Assembly: GCF_009914755.1 (NCBI RefSeq)
Contig: NC_060929.1
Reading direction: 5' to 3' (one strand)
DNA length: 64,000 bases
Source of the DNA: the human T2T-CHM13v2.0 reference genome, Homo sapiens
Position numbers and translations under genes: made by a program. Position 1 is the first letter of the stretch, and each line of letters starts with the position of its first letter. The notes below the pieces were generated by a model that saw only the letters and a list, made by a program, of their open reading frames with translations, was not told the origin of the DNA and made no database searches. Below, one piece after another: positions 33,941 to 55,309 of this stretch.

Positions 33941-35390
33941 TGCAAAATTGCCCTTGTTTGATGAGAGGAATGAGCAGGAGCATTGTCGTGGTGGAGAAGG
34001 ACTCTATGGTTAAGCTTTCCTGGGCTAAAGCTTTTTTTTTTTTTTTTTTTTTTTTAGCTTTCTGCTAAAGCTTTGGCCAACTTTCTGAAAACACTCTCAT
34101 AATAAGCACGTTATTGTTCATTGGCCCTCCAGAAAGTCAACAAGCAAAATGCCTTGAGTATCTCCAAAAACCAGTTGCCATGATCTTTGCTCTTGACTGG
34201 TCTGCTTTTGCTGTGACTAGACCCCTTCCGCCGCTTGGTGGCCATTGCTTTGATTGTGCTTTGTCTTCAGGATTGTACTGGTGAAGCCATGTTCCATCTC
34301 CGGTTACATGTCTTCGAAGAAATGCTTCAGGATCTTCATCCCACTTGTCTGAAATTTCCATGGAAATCTCTGCTCTTGTCTGCAGCTGATCAGGGTGCAA
34401 TGGTTTTGGCACTCATCGAGTAGAAAGTTTTCTTAACTTTTTCAGTCAGAATTGTGTAAGCTGAAACAGTTGAGATATCTATGGTGCTGGCTATTGCTTT
34501 TGCTGTTAATTGCCAGTCCTCTTCTATTAAGGCAAGACCAAGATGAATTTTTTTCTTGCAAATTGATGCAGATAGTCTGCCACTGCAAGCTTCATTTTAA
34601 ACATCATCTCATCTCCTCCCTTCTTAAAACAATGTATCCATTTGTAAACTGCTAATTTCTTTGGGGCATTGTCCTCATAAACGTTTCAAAAAGCATCAAT
34701 GATTTCACCACTCTTCCACCCAAGCTTCAATTTGATGTTTCTGTTCCACTAATTTAATGTTTGTCCCTGTTTCAAATTTAGCAGAATTTATGTTTTTCTG
34801 ATAGGGGCTCTTTTCAAACTGATGTCTTATCCTTCCTAGTGCCTCAAACTAGATTCTGTTCAGACATGTTATAACATGTTAGTATGAGTTTATTTTGATG
34901 CGAAAAAATGCTTGAGATCCGTGTATAGTTTTTTTCATAATATTAATACATACTTTCCATGAACTTTTTGAAGACCTTCACATCGGATTATAACCCAAAG
35001 TATGAAATAAATATAAGCGAGTCCATACTGATGAAAACAGATGATTAAATAAATCAGTGTGGGAGAAGAAACAAATTTTCCTTACAGAAGAATTCCAAGT
35101 AATGTCTGTGAACACTTTTCCCACCCCCAAACCCACCCACCAGAAGCTGAAGCTTAATCCTCTCCTCCCACTTGAGGATGGGCTGGACTTAGTGACTTGC
35201 TTCCAACGAACAAAGTATAGAATATGGGAAAAAACAAACTTTATGGTGGAAAAGCCTGGGAAACATTACCCTAAACAAGTGAGGAAGGTTAACATTATCA
35301 GTGATAAGTCATGCTGATAATCACGTACCTCTGGTATGATAAAAATATTTCACCTCTCTGGGGTTCTTCCCCCAAAACCATAATGGTAGT

Positions 35391-35630
35391 TAATGGAGTC
35401 AAGGACGTGCTATCCCCAAATATGCTTAATCGGCATATTGATTATTTTGAATGAAAAACATTGGAGAAATTGTAGCTTCAGAAAGGGTTAGCTGACCTGT
35501 CTCTCCCTGCATGCAGCCAGCCATAAAGATTCCTCCCAGTGACATGGCAAGAAAATAGTCCCTTATCACCAGAGACTGAAAATTAGGGCTGCAATGAACC
35601 TGAAAAATAAACTTCCTGAAACAACCCTTA
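35391..35630 (+). mobile_element. ERV1 LTR 5' part (MER34/MER39 group), truncated
   Basis: gctatccccaaatatgc...catattgattattttga. Confidence 0.55.
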
Positions 35631-35633
35631 CTT

Positions 35634-35635
35634 TC

Positions 35636-35682
<47 letters not shown>

Positions 35683-35756
35683 TTTTAGACGGAGTCTCGC
35701 TCTGTCAGCAGGCTGGAGTGCAGTGGTGAGATCTCGGCTCACTGCAACCTCCCCCT
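35634..35756 (-). mobile_element. Alu 3' fragment with (TTTA)n tail
   Basis: Stops abruptly at actgcaacctcc. Confidence 0.9.
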
Positions 35757-35859
35757 CTGATTCTGCAATCTGATTCTGAACATAAAGCAAGCCCAGACTC
35801 TGCTAAGTGATTTTCCCCTGTGGTCTGTGTAGCCTGCTACCTCCCTGAGCTGTAGTGGG

Positions 35860-37121
<1,262 letters not shown>

Positions 37122-37309
37122 GTGCTGGGCCGATGTCTGGGGAGGTTCAAGATAGGAGGAAACAGAACCCGACTCTGGACGTCACCTCAACACCACTTCC
37201 TTCCACACACCAATTTAGACTATTTTTAGAGAAGGGAAAAAAAAACTGAAAGTGGGAGAAGAATTAGAAGAGAATTTTACTATTATTAGAAGAGATATGC
37301 CTATCTCTG

Positions 37310-37620
37310 GGAATCTAAATCAGCTGCAGGTAACAGAAAATCCCAATTACATCTATTTAAACAAGACGGGTTTATTTTTGTCTTCCATAATGACAATTCC
37401 AGAATGGGAAGTCCAACGCCAGAAACGTGGCTCCTTCTAGATCCCTCCTCCCCCAGCCATAGAGTGAGGCTTTCATCCCTGTGTTTCCAAAATGGCTGCT
37501 GGGGATCCCACCATCTTGTCCTGTCTCAGTGGAAGGATGAGGAGAGGAAGGGCAAAAGAAGTTTATCACTTTCCAGGGATTTCCCAGAATCACCACTCAG
37601 CATCTTCTTTTCACATCTCA
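37310..37620 (-). mobile_element. Old ERVL/MaLR LTR relic (LTR33/MLT1-like)
   Basis: tcagctgcaggtaacagaaaatcccaa...ttaaacaag...caaaatggctgctg. Confidence 0.5.
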
Positions 37621-38078
37621 ATGGCCACCTGCCTGCCACGCAGGCTGGGAAAGGTTGTTGTCATATGTTGCTGTTGTTTGTTCACTTGTTTGTTAGGGTT
37701 AGATACATCACCATTTCCAATAAAATATAGATTATCTTAGAAAGGATGAGAAGGAAGTGGATAATGGACAAACAAAGGGAAGAAATGCAATACCTGACTT
37801 ATTTTGCCACATTCACAGATGTGAGGTCATATTGTTATTTTAGGAGTTTTGCACATGGATTCCCTCTGGACTGATTGTGTATTAGGAGACAAACCAGACG
37901 GGTTTCCACACTCCTGAGGCTACAGAATCTGAAGACAAATCCCACAGTTCTCCCAAACATCAGAGTGAGGTTCCTTCTGGTGGAGACAAGCAGTGTGAGA
38001 AAAAGTGATGGGCAGATTTAGTGGCATTAACTTTTTGTGAGACTATAATTTTTTTAAGGAGGAGTAGATTTTATTTGA

Positions 38079-38471
<393 letters not shown>

Positions 38472-38647
38472 TAAACTGCTCTTAAAATAAAGCACCAAAA
38501 TACCCCAAATGTAATAAAGGAGACAATGAAGCATATAGTAAAATAGCAAATATTTCACAAGGCTTTGTGGAACATATATTTCTAGGTCCAATATCAAGGG
38601 CTAAATCAATACAATTTGTAAAAAATCAGCTGCAAGAGACTTTTTAA

Positions 38648-39330
<683 letters not shown>

Positions 39331-39430
39331 TGATGTGATAGTTTTATAATTGAGAATATCCAGTATGCTTGGAGTGGGGAAGCAGGCACTTAAGGTGTGA
39401 ATCAAAGGTTAATCAAACTGTGATTGATGG

Positions 39431-40206
39431 TGATACAAACAGGAGACAGGGAAATACTGGGTAGAAGAGGGTGGCTCCCTGGCAAAGGCCCCACCCTCCA
39501 GCCTGAAGACCTGCAGCCCTAAGTGAGGACAGGCATTTCTGTTTTCATGCCCAAAAAGTTGCCTTTTGGCCCTCCATGCCCCCCATCCTGTGCCCATATA
39601 AACCCAAGACCTTAGGGGGTACAGACAGAAGTGGCTGAATGTCAAGAGGAGCAGAGGAACAGACCAGCAAACACCAGCAGACCAGCAATGGTGGAATGAC
39701 ACAGCAGAGAAAGGGAGAAGAGGACGTCTAGACACTGAGGGGAGTTCAGCCGCGGATGGTCGGGCTGACTCTAGGGGAAGACCACCTTCTCACTCCATCC
39801 CCACTTCCAGCTCCCCATCCATCGCACTGAGAGCCACCTCCGCCACACAGTAAAACCGTGCACTCATCCTTTCAGCCCACGTGTGATCTGATTTTTCTGG
39901 TACACTGGGCAAGAACTCAGGCTGTCACACTGGCCCCCTGCCCTTGCGAAAAGGCGGAGGGTTTATTGAGCTGATTAACACAAGCCGTCTGCAGATGGCA
40001 AAGCTGAAAGAACACACTGTAACACATGTCCACGTGGGCTTCAGGAGTCGTAGACACCCCACCCTAGGCACCGCCATGGGGCCGGAGCCCAAAAGCACTC
40101 CCCACAGCCTCTGCATCTGCCCGTCTGCATGCTCCCCCTATGGGCTGGAGCAGCCATACTCCTGCTGCATGTCCTGCCAGGGGGATAAGGGACCTCACCA
40201 CTTTCA
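39431..40206 (+). mobile_element. LTR9-type ERV1 solo LTR
   Basis: tgatacaaacaggagacagggaaatactgggtagaagaggg...ctttca; 4-bp TSD atgg. Confidence 0.88.
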
Positions 40207-40209
40207 ATG

Positions 40210-40690
40210 GGAGAGTAAACTGGGACAAACTTTCTGAAAGAAAATGTAGCAATTTTTACCAAAGCCAAAAAAACCTGGCTCAACAAATCATATTTTAGGA
40301 GTTTATCATTAAAGAAACATAACAAGTTGTTACGATGTTCATTATACGATATTGATAATAATAAAAAGAAAAGATTTAGATGTCCATTGGTTTGGGAAGT
40401 GTTAAATAAATTATTATTTTGTTCTTAAAAATCATGACAATCTATACTTACTAACATGGAAAGATGTCAAAGATACACTCAGTTTTTTAAAAAAGCAAGT
40501 AAAAGGACAAAATAAACGACTCTGTACACATAATCATGCACAGAAAAATGTTAATAGTTACATATAAAATCTTAAGGATGAGTATCTCTTAGCGAAGGGT
40601 AATTTTCATATAAAGTTTGTGCATCCAAATATTTTAAGGGAGTGTTTTTTCTCTTATAATCAGAAAAAAAGCAGTTTCATTTATTTAAAA
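40210..40690 (+). mobile_element. L1ME 3' relic
   Basis: taaactgggacaaactttctgaaag, acatggaaagatgtc, ttataatcagaaaaaaa. Confidence 0.6.
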
Positions 40691-40859
40691 ACTACAAAAA
40701 TACTGAGGGTAGTACACAGAAGCCTGTCACTTACATGTTCCTTCCAGTTTGCCTGACTGAGGAGGAAGGCCCAGCGGTGATAGACGATGGAGCAGCACGT
40801 TGGTGGTAGGCTTGAGGAAGTAGTTCTACAGGGCAAGCCAGAATGGAGAGAGGGATATC

Positions 40860-41140
40860 ATGCAAAAGGGCAGAGTAGGGAGCTCCAGGGTCAGCACCCC
40901 CACCAAAGCAATGACTGACCTTGAAAGAGCAAATGGAATCAATGATTTTGGAATCCTGGAACCTGATTGGACCCTTAGAACAACCAGTGGAGTGCTTCAC
41001 GAAGCGGGAGGCTACTGCGCTTTGGTACGAGAGCAGCATGCATAATCAGCTACCACCCCTCCTCCCACCATTTCTCAGCCCCACTGGAGGGTCAGGCTGC
41101 TGCCAGATCAGAAAGCCAGGACCTTGTCTTGCAAATCTGG
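40860..41140 (+). mobile_element. L1M 5' UTR fragment
   Basis: tttggaatcctggaacctgattggacccttagaacaaccagtggagtgcttc. Confidence 0.45.
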
Positions 41141-41459
41141 GGATTGTATAATACGTATTGGGTGATCTGAATAGTATTCTGAGGGACCAAAGCAGACATC
41201 AGCCTTGGTTTCATCCCACTTCGCTACAGTAGCTTCTCCAAACCCTTAAAGAGATAAAGCCCCTTTTTGTCGCCTTTTTGGAGCCAGGCATTTAACGGAC
41301 TCTCATCAGTTGATGCAAGTGGAGGGCTCACTTCGTTTCTTTCCTTTTTCTCAGGAATTACTGTCCTTTACCGTTTGATGCCCAGTGTCCTAAAACCATC
41401 AACTCATACATTTTGTCCATTTTCAGCCAGAAGATAAGTTCACTGTTACTCCATTCTAG

Positions 41460-41807
<348 letters not shown>

Positions 41808-42031
41808 TAGATAATTTATTTTTGACAAAGACCTCAATGCAATTAATTGAGGAAAAGGGCAGTCATTGCAAAAAATGGTGCTGGAACAACTGGATTTCCA
41901 CATGCGGAAAAAGTAAACTTCAATCCCTACCTCATGTCATACATGAACATTACCTCAAAATGGATCACATGTAAGGGGCAAAACTGTAAAGGTTCTAGAA
42001 GAAAAGAAAGGAGAAAATCTTTACAACCTTA

Positions 42032-42457
<426 letters not shown>

Positions 42458-42516
42458 GATATCCTTAAGAAAATGAAAAGGCAAAAGCAAGCCACAGACC
42501 AGGAGAATGAATACGA

Positions 42517-42517
<1 letters not shown>

Positions 42518-42566
<49 letters not shown>

Positions 42567-42572
42567 ATATAA
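42518..42572. repeat. (TA)n microsatellite
   Basis: Direct read. Confidence 0.95.
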
Positions 42573-43107
42573 AAATTGTTTATATAATGTATTCTGGGAG
42601 GATTTTTACCTAGAATATATAAACAAGTCACACAAATATTTAAGACAAACAATGTAATAAAAATGGGCAAAGGACTCCTTGTGATTTGGGTCAGGGCAGA
42701 CTAGCTGTGATTCAGGTCCCTGAAGGACATGAAGCTATGCCAACACTGGACATACATAGCGCCTGCTCACAGTGAATGATTGCTAGTAAAAGTTCATAAA
42801 CAACATGAAATATTCAGTAACAGTGCACATGCACCTGCTAATGTATACAATCCAAACAGGCATTTCAGAGTGCTTCTCATCTGTGATGCCCAGAAAAGAC
42901 AAATAAATTTGTCAAGAAAAAGCTAAGGGAAGTTAACTATAAGTAAATCTGCCCAAAAGGCAGTTTAAGTTCATAGACTGTCATGAGGTTCAATGAAGTT
43001 GAATTGATGGCTAGGGAAACAGAAAGCCACAGCTCTAATTGGGGCCTCCAGCATCAGCAAACTCCTGACTCTCTTTAGACAGGCTGAAACCCTTTGCTGT
43101 CAACTAA

Positions 43108-43497
<390 letters not shown>

Positions 43498-43636
43498 TGA
43501 GCTCCAAACTGATCCCACAGTTCATCCGATTAGTGGGTGAGATCAGATAGTGACCAGAGGTGGAAATCATGCAATCTTTGATGATAAGAGGACAAAGAAT
43601 TATTGCCTCATTAGTACAGTGTAAAGGCTATATCAT

Positions 43637-44011
<375 letters not shown>

Positions 44012-44736
44012 CTACATCTCACCCCCATCATTCCCACCCTGCAATGTGCAAGCCCAAAGGACCAGGCATGCGGACGAAGAGGAAGGAGGGCAGGAGGCCT
44101 AGGACACCATTGTGTGGTGTGCTATATATGAAATGGCCGGGTCCTCTCTAACCTCCAATCCACTAGGAGAAGCACCCAAGAACTCTCCATGCAGGGCATG
44201 CAAGAGAGAAAGAGCAGATGTCTGCCAGCTGCACACAGTGCTGGGTGGACGGCAGAATGGCCTGACTCAAACAGCTGCTCAGTGTGATGTGACCCTGGCA
44301 CCACGGGTGGGAACGTGGCAAAGGTGCCTGAGCTTCTGTGGATGGCGGTAACCTGAACAGCCCAGCAAGAAGTCTGGCGAAGTTGGCTGGAATATAACCA
44401 ATGATCTGTGCTGCCATGTAAGGAAAAATGGTGCTGATGCAAACTAAAAAAAGAAAAGCTTTCCTGAAGTAGTAATTAAAATAGGCTTTTGAGAGACTAT
44501 AAAAATATTGACTGGGTATTTTAACAATATGAACCAGCGAGATGTGAACATAACTTCGTTCTTTTCGGACTGGGGAGAGTTGTGCTTCCAGATCTGGAAA
44601 CATCCTACTTTATTACTGGATCAACATGGAGTGTGAGAAAAGAGTGAGACCAAAGAGAATCTCAAATTTCTGACCCGAGTAGCTGAAAGGACAGAGTTGT
44701 CATTAACTGAGATTTTTTTTTTAAAGTAAGCCAACA

Positions 44737-45697
<961 letters not shown>

Positions 45698-45802
45698 AAT
45701 ATGGGTAAAACTGATTTGGGAGATAAGACAAAATATCCTATTTTAAAAACATGTTAATTTTGAGATACCTAAAAGAAACACTTGCTGAAGTATGAAAGTG
45801 AT

Positions 45803-46083
45803 CGAGGAAATGGGGAGATGTGAGTCAAAGGACACAAAATAGCAGATATGTGGGATGAACGAGTCTAGACATCTAATGTACAACATGAGGGCTAAGGTTA
45901 ATACGATTGTAATGTACTAGGGATTTGTGTTCGATAGATTCTAGCTGCTCGTCACAAAAAAGTAACTACGTGAGATGATAGATATGTTAATCAGCTTCAT
46001 TACAGTAACTGCTGTACTAGCTATATGTATCCCATAATATGTTGTAATCCTCAAGTGTACACAATAGCATTTATTTTTAGAAA
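45803..46083 (+). mobile_element. L1MA 3' end
   Basis: ggaaatggggagatgtgagtcaaaggacacaaaatagcagat...gtgagatgatagatatgttaat. Confidence 0.8.
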
Positions 46084-46229
46084 ACAAGTGATACTATACT
46101 CTGGTTTGATATGTTATTTCTGTCAATTAATACTACACTTTGCATGTTAAGCACTGTCATACTATTAGATAACACTGCTTACAAAAATACTATGGATACT
46201 ATGAAATTATTTTGACCCAAACAATGACC

Positions 46230-46714
46230 TTTCTTTTTTTTCTTTTGAAACAGAGTCCCCCTCTGTCACCCAGACTGGAATGAGTGATGTGATCTCAGCT
46301 CACTGCAACCTCTGCCTTTGAGCTCAAGTGATTCTCCTGCCTCAGCCTCGCGAGTAGCTGGGACTACACGCATGCGCCACCACACCTGGCTAATTTTTTT
46401 TTTAATTCTTTTTAAATTTTTGAGGTGGACTCTCGCTCTGTTGCCCAGGCAGGCTAGAGTACGGAGTACAGTGGCGCAATCTCGGCTCACTGCAACCTCC
46501 GCCTCCCAGGTTCAAGTGATTCTCCTGCCTCAGCCTACTGAGTAGCTGGGATTACAGGTGCACATCACCATGCCTGGCTAATTTTTGTATTTTTAGTAGA
46601 GACAGGGTTTTACCATGTTAGCCAGGCTGGTCTCTAACTCCTGGCCTCAAGTAATCCTCCCGCCTCGGCCTCCCAAAGTGCTGGGATTACAGACCTGAGG
46701 CACTGCACCTGGCC
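46230..46714 (-). mobile_element. Three-monomer Alu (full Alu plus extra right arm)
   Basis: Single outer TSD acaatgacct/acaacgacct. Confidence 0.9.
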
Positions 46715-47318
46715 ACAACGACCTAATTATTTAAGGAATAAGTGGGATGTTAATGGCCCATTTTATAATTCAAATCCTGGTGATCATGAGTATATTAACT
46801 TATATTCTTTTCTATATTTAAAAAAATAAGCAGTGTGTTATTACACTATAGTTTTGCAAGATGTTGCCATTGCAGAAGCTGGGTGAAGCATACATAGGAT
46901 GTCTTTGATTATTTATTATACCAGCATGTGAACCAACAATTATCTCAAAAATCAAAGTTTAATTAAAAAAAAATTAACCAAAGATCAAGGGGATAGATGA
47001 TAGGGATAGGAAATGAGTTAACAAAATCCTTTATCCATCTCTGTAAAACAATTTGACCTTGGGTTAGCTTACTACCGCAGTTCCCCTACCTACCAAGAAA
47101 GCACGTCAACTATGTTCCTAAAGCAACTTATTTATAGTTCTGATTGCCTTGGTAACCTGCTAGAAACACTCATCAGTTTCACTACTAGGCAACACTGCTT
47201 ATGACAAGCCTGACTCCTGGTTGGTAAACTGTATCTGAACTTGGCAAGCCCCTTGCAGGAACACTGAAAACCACACTCACTATATTCATAGGTTACTATA
47301 AGATAGTGGGTCTGGTAG

Positions 47319-48069
<751 letters not shown>

Positions 48070-48719
48070 TGTATGTGCTTCTTAAAAGACTACTCTCACT
48101 GATGGACAATGTCTGACACAGACAATCTCACATGCTGTGCTCCCTGCATTTAATCCAAACATCATTGAAGCAATGTGATAGTGTGAGGCAATGTAATAGG
48201 TGAAGCTGTGGCTGCTGAGCCAGAAGATATTTCTGAACACTTGGTCAGGAGGATGATCACCCAAAAGTTACACCTATCTAATCTTTGAAGCTCTAATCCA
48301 TCATCTAAGCTCTTCATGTTAAGACCCATGGGTATGTTTATTAACCATATTTATTAACCTCTCCTTCTTGGGACAGAAAACGTTTACCTCAACTTAAAGA
48401 TTGTTGCTCAGATTTGTCCTTCTGTGTGGGTCATAGCTGCCTGGTGTCTGGAAGCCTTGGGAACACCCTGGCTCTGTTCCTCCAACACAGAATCATGCGC
48501 TTTGTGAATGTGCTGCTTTAGGCATTCAGCTGCAGGGGAAAACTTTAAAGGTTAACTTGAAATATTTGCAGAGAATATTCTGTGGTAGCAAGACATTAAC
48601 ATAACACAATTTGCTGCTACTTGGTCTTTGCTAAACAAGCTATTGCTACTTGGTGTTTGTTAATGAAAGGAGCTCTTAAGACTCTTATGAATTTGTCCTG
48701 CTTAAAATATATTATATTG

Positions 48720-49024
<305 letters not shown>

Positions 49025-50447
49025 TCAAACAGGCAGCGAAGATTGAAATGTTGCCTCCCATAGGATTCTTCACTGGAGGTGACTAAGACCAGCATAAGTC
49101 CGTGTTATTTGCACCACTAAGTCATATTTCTCAGACTGATGTATTGCCAAACCAAGAAATGGAAAGTATTAAGATAATGTCAATAATAACGTGAATGAGA
49201 ATAGAGTAAGTGTGGACCACTTGTTAGAACTGGCTCGATTACAAACGTGTTGCTCAAACCTAATAGCTTTAGTCTTCTTCAAGAAGATTAGATTTGGATT
49301 TCAATTAGTGTTACTAACTGGCATGGGTATAATGATATGCTGAACCTGTAATATGATTACAGGTTCAGGTCCTTATTTGTTATATTATTAGACAATTTCT
49401 GTTAAATGTCATATAAGAAAAGTGTAAAAGATGATTGCAGAATCGGAACCGTGGGATGAAGCGGAACGTGACACACTGAGGTCTTACGGGTGGTAGAGCA
49501 ATTTGCTCCCAACTGGGACCATCTGAAGGCACAAGGCTGTGCCCCAGCTCAGGTCCACAGCTAAACATTGAGAAACATATCAGCAGAATGCAGAGCCTCT
49601 CCTCCGGTAAATTACTTGAGATGAAAGTTCTTAACCAACATGAAATAACTGAACTGAGTTTGATAAAATTCAGCTGGGCCTTTCAGGGGCCTTTCCCACC
49701 AGCAGAACCCTCATTTGGGAAAAGTAAATTTGCCAGGAGAAAGTTAAGAGAGGCTACGTTGAGTTAACTTGAACAAGCGGCTAAGGGACAGTTTAAGTTT
49801 ATACGGCAATTAGAGGTTTAATGAAATTTAATTTACAGCTGGGAGAATAAGAAATTGCTCTGTCTACTTGGGGACATCCAGCATCACTGCAATTCTCGAC
49901 TGTCTTCAGACCTGCTTGTATCCTTTCCTACCAAATAAGCATGTTTCACAGAGACTTCTAAGACTGAGATGTTAATTTGCAAGAGACTTGAGCAGACATT
50001 TTGCAAAGGAATATATACAAATGGCCCGTAAACACATGAAAAGGTGCTCAACGTCATCTGTCTTCCGGGAAATGCAAATTAAAACTACAATGAGATACTA
50101 CTATATAGTCAGGCTAAAATGAAAAAGATGCCACTAGCAAGTGCTGGTGAGTATATGAGCGGTCAGAACTCTTATACACTGCTCTTGGGGGTGTACAGTG
50201 ATACAACCACCTTGGAAAACTATAGCAGTTTGGAATAGAGTTAAACATCACCTACTGCTATGGACAGAATGTTTGTGTCCCCTCCTAAGTTCATATCTTG
50301 AAGCCCCAACTTCCACTGTGATGGTTTTGGAGACAGGGCTTTTGGGAGATAATTAGGGTTAAAGGAGGTCATGAAGATGGGGCCCTTGCAATGGGATTAG
50401 CATCCTTATAAAAAGAGACTCCAGAGAACTTGCCCTCTCTCTTCCTG

Positions 50448-51680
<1,233 letters not shown>

Positions 51681-53115
51681 CACCATGCACCTACACAAAG
51701 AAGTAATCACAGGTACACACATAGGGAGACAACTTGTAGGCACAAACCAAGAGAAGAGGCCTCAGAATGAAATCCACCTTGCCAGCACCTTGACCTTGGA
51801 CTGCCCAGACCAGAACTGTGAGAAATTTCTGTTAAGTTACCTAGTCTATGGCATTCTGCTATGGCCACACAAGCAGACCAATATACCTAACTAACAACCA
51901 TCAATTCTGTCTTCGGTATTTGTCCACAGGAGATGAAATCCATGTCCACTACAAGACTTGTACACTAATGTTCACAGCAGCCTTACTCACAATAACTTCA
52001 AAACAATGCAAATATCCATCAATGGTAACTGGAGAAACAAATTGTCTGTGTGTGCAGTGCAATACTCCACAGCAATGACAATGGAACTACTGCTACGCAG
52101 GGCAGCACACATGAATCTCATGAGTGATATAATTTCATGAAAGATGCCAGATGCAAATAAAGCACAGACTATATGATTCCATTTGTAGGAAGTTTTAAAA
52201 CTGGTGACATTAACCTATAGGGGAAGAAGTCGGTCACTGATTCAAGAAGTACCTTCTTGGAGAGCACCAATGTCCCCACAGAGAGCCGCCAAGAGTCACC
52301 AACCAAAAAAAATAGAGATGGATGGAAAGCTCCCAAGCTGCAGGGTTCTTCCCACGCAGAACCAGAACGCAAAGGAAATGTGTGGACACCACAGAAAAGG
52401 AACCAACACCAGGACAGGGGCCGGGAGGAGGAGGAACAAGGGTTCTGAGCGAGAATCGGTCCTCCAGGGATGGTCGGGGATTGCACGCAGTGGCCATGCT
52501 GCGAACGCTCTCCCCAGCCCCCACCACTGGACAGATTGTTTTGAAGATGTTGAAAGAACTTTTCTTAAGACAAAGAGAATGATCTGCGGGTTTCAAAGTC
52601 AATGGCATCACATATTTCAACGTCGTCCAGAAAACAGCCTCTCCTGGTAAATCCTGTCTCTGGTTATTCCTCACAGACTCAGCCCAGCTCCTGGGCAACA
52701 TCAAAGTCAGCTTCCCCTGGGAACCCAGTGAGTGTCTGCTCCCATCTTCTCCTTAATGAACAGCCAGTCTGTAGGCTTTAAATATAGTCTGCCACTATCT
52801 GTTTAAATTGTTGTGTACATTCACACACACACACGTGCACACATGCACACAACAGCTTCTGTCAGCTTGCGGGGACATCCATTTTGTAAGCAATGCAAAT
52901 TAAAGCTGTGATCCAATCTGGGTGAACCTCCTCCTCCCCGACTTAGAATCGAAGCAGAGTGTACTGCGGTGGGGAGCTGGGGGACGACGACGCAACCTTT
53001 GAAGACCTGCCTCTAAAAAGAGTCAAGTCTTGTCTGTATCAGCAGAACTTAAAATTAAAAGGCAAGAGCCACAGCTCTCACCAGCTCTTTAAAAGGTTAA
53101 AATTGGCTGGGTGCA

Positions 53116-53432
53116 GGCTGGGTGCGGTAGCTCACGCCTGTAATCTCAGCACTTTGGGAGGCCGAGGCGGGCGGATCACGAGGTCAGGAGCTCGAGACCA
53201 GCCTGGCCAAGATGGTGAAACCCTGTCTCTACTAAAAATACAAAAATTAGCTGGGCACAGTGGCATGCACCTAATTTTTAAAAATTAGCCAGGCAAGGTG
53301 GCATGCACCCGCAGTCCTAGCTACTCAGGTGGCTGAGGTGGGAGGATTCCTTGAGCCCAGAAGTTCGAGGCTGCACTGAGCCGAGATCGTGCCAGTACAC
53401 TCCAGCCTGGTGATAAAGTGAGGCTTTGTCTC

Positions 53433-53467
<35 letters not shown>

Positions 53468-53468
53468 A
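53116..53468 (+). mobile_element. AluS left part inserted in or fused to an AluJ, (TAAA)n tail
   Basis: Two aaaattagc linkers. Confidence 0.88.
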
Positions 53469-54147
53469 GTGTCTGGAAATTGTCCTAAGGGCATACAGCA
53501 AATGAAGAAATATTTATTCTAGAAAATCTACAAAAATTCAGAAAGAACCATGAGTCTCTGTGATATTGAGCTACAACCCACTCCCTTCTCCTCCTTCCCC
53601 CAGCTCAGAGTGATGGAGGCTCTGCTCCAGGTAGGTCGGGTTAAGAGTAGGTGGTTCCCTCCTTGCTCAGCTGCCACTCAAGCTCACCATATCACACTGG
53701 GAGGCATGGGCTGCCAGCATTTCTCATCCCCTCTCTTGAGGAACCACAAAGAAAAGAATTGAAAAATATAGTTAAAGAATCATTAAAGTAACCAAAATGT
53801 GACACTGGAAAATATTTACTGAATGCAAAAGAATGTAGTAAATAAGGTAGGAGAGAACAAAGAAAGACATGAGACATAGAAAACATGAATGACAGACACA
53901 GATCCAACCATATAACAAAATCCTTAAATGTGAACAGATTAAACAATCCAATTAGAAGGCAGAGATGTCAGGCTTGGTTAAAAAACAAACTATATGCTGT
54001 CTACAGGAAACACACTTTAGATTCAAAGATACAAACAGGCTGAAAGTAAAAAGATGGGAAAAAGACATACCGTGAAAACAGCAACCATAGCAAGCTGGAA
54101 TGGCTATATCAATATGAGACAAAATAGACTGTAAAAATGTTACAAGA

Positions 54148-54478
<331 letters not shown>

Positions 54479-54659
54479 TTACAAGTGATAAAGAGGGACA
54501 TTTTATAATGAACAAAGTGTCAATTCATCAGGAAGACACAACGGTTATAAACATATGCAACTAACGAAAGAGACCCAATATGATGCAAAAATGAACCACA
54601 GAACTGAAAGGAGAAATGGACAATTGAACAGTAATAGTTGGAGACTTCCATACCCAACT

Positions 54660-54968
54660 TTCTTTTTTTTTTTTTTTTTTTTGAGATGGAGTCTCCCTCT
54701 GTCGCCCAGGCTGGAGTGCAATGGAGCTCTATCTTGGCTCACTGCAAGCTCCGCCTCTGGGGTTCACACCATTCTCCAGCCTCAGCCTCCCAAGTAGCTG
54801 AGACTACAGGTGCCCGCCGCCATGCCGGGCTGATTTTTTTTTGTATTTTTAGTAGAGATGGGGTTTCACTGTGTTAGCCTGGATGGTCTCGATCTGCTGA
54901 CCTCGTGATCTGCCTGCCTCTGCCTCCAAAAGTGCTGGGATTACAGGCGTGAGCCACCATGCCCAGCC
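54660..54968 (-). mobile_element. AluY-like
   Basis: TSD ttccatacccaactttc. Confidence 0.95.
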
Positions 54969-55309
54969 TTCCATACCCAACTTTCGAGAACAGATACAAC
55001 AGCTAGATGAAAGATTAACAAGGATATAGAAGATGTGAACATTGTTAATCCAACCAGACTAACAGATTTCTACAGAACACTCCAACCAACAGAGGCAGAA
55101 CACACATTCTTCTCAAGCACACACAGTACATTCTCCAAGACATACCATGTGCTAGGCCATAAAACAAACCTCAATAAATTTAGAAAGACTGAAATCATAT
55201 AAAGTACATTCTGTGGCCACAGTAGAAATTAGAATTCAATAACAGAAGACCATTTGGGAAATTCACAAACATAGAAAAATTAAATGTCACACTCCTAAAT
55301 AACAAAGGG

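Noticed and set aside
40731-41151. Non-Alu ORFs of 61-102 aa
   Set aside because: No recognisable protein; the sequence resembles an L1M 5' UTR
49441-49606. AG..GT-bounded exon-like segment with CpGs
   Set aside because: Stops in all three frames and no pyrimidine tract
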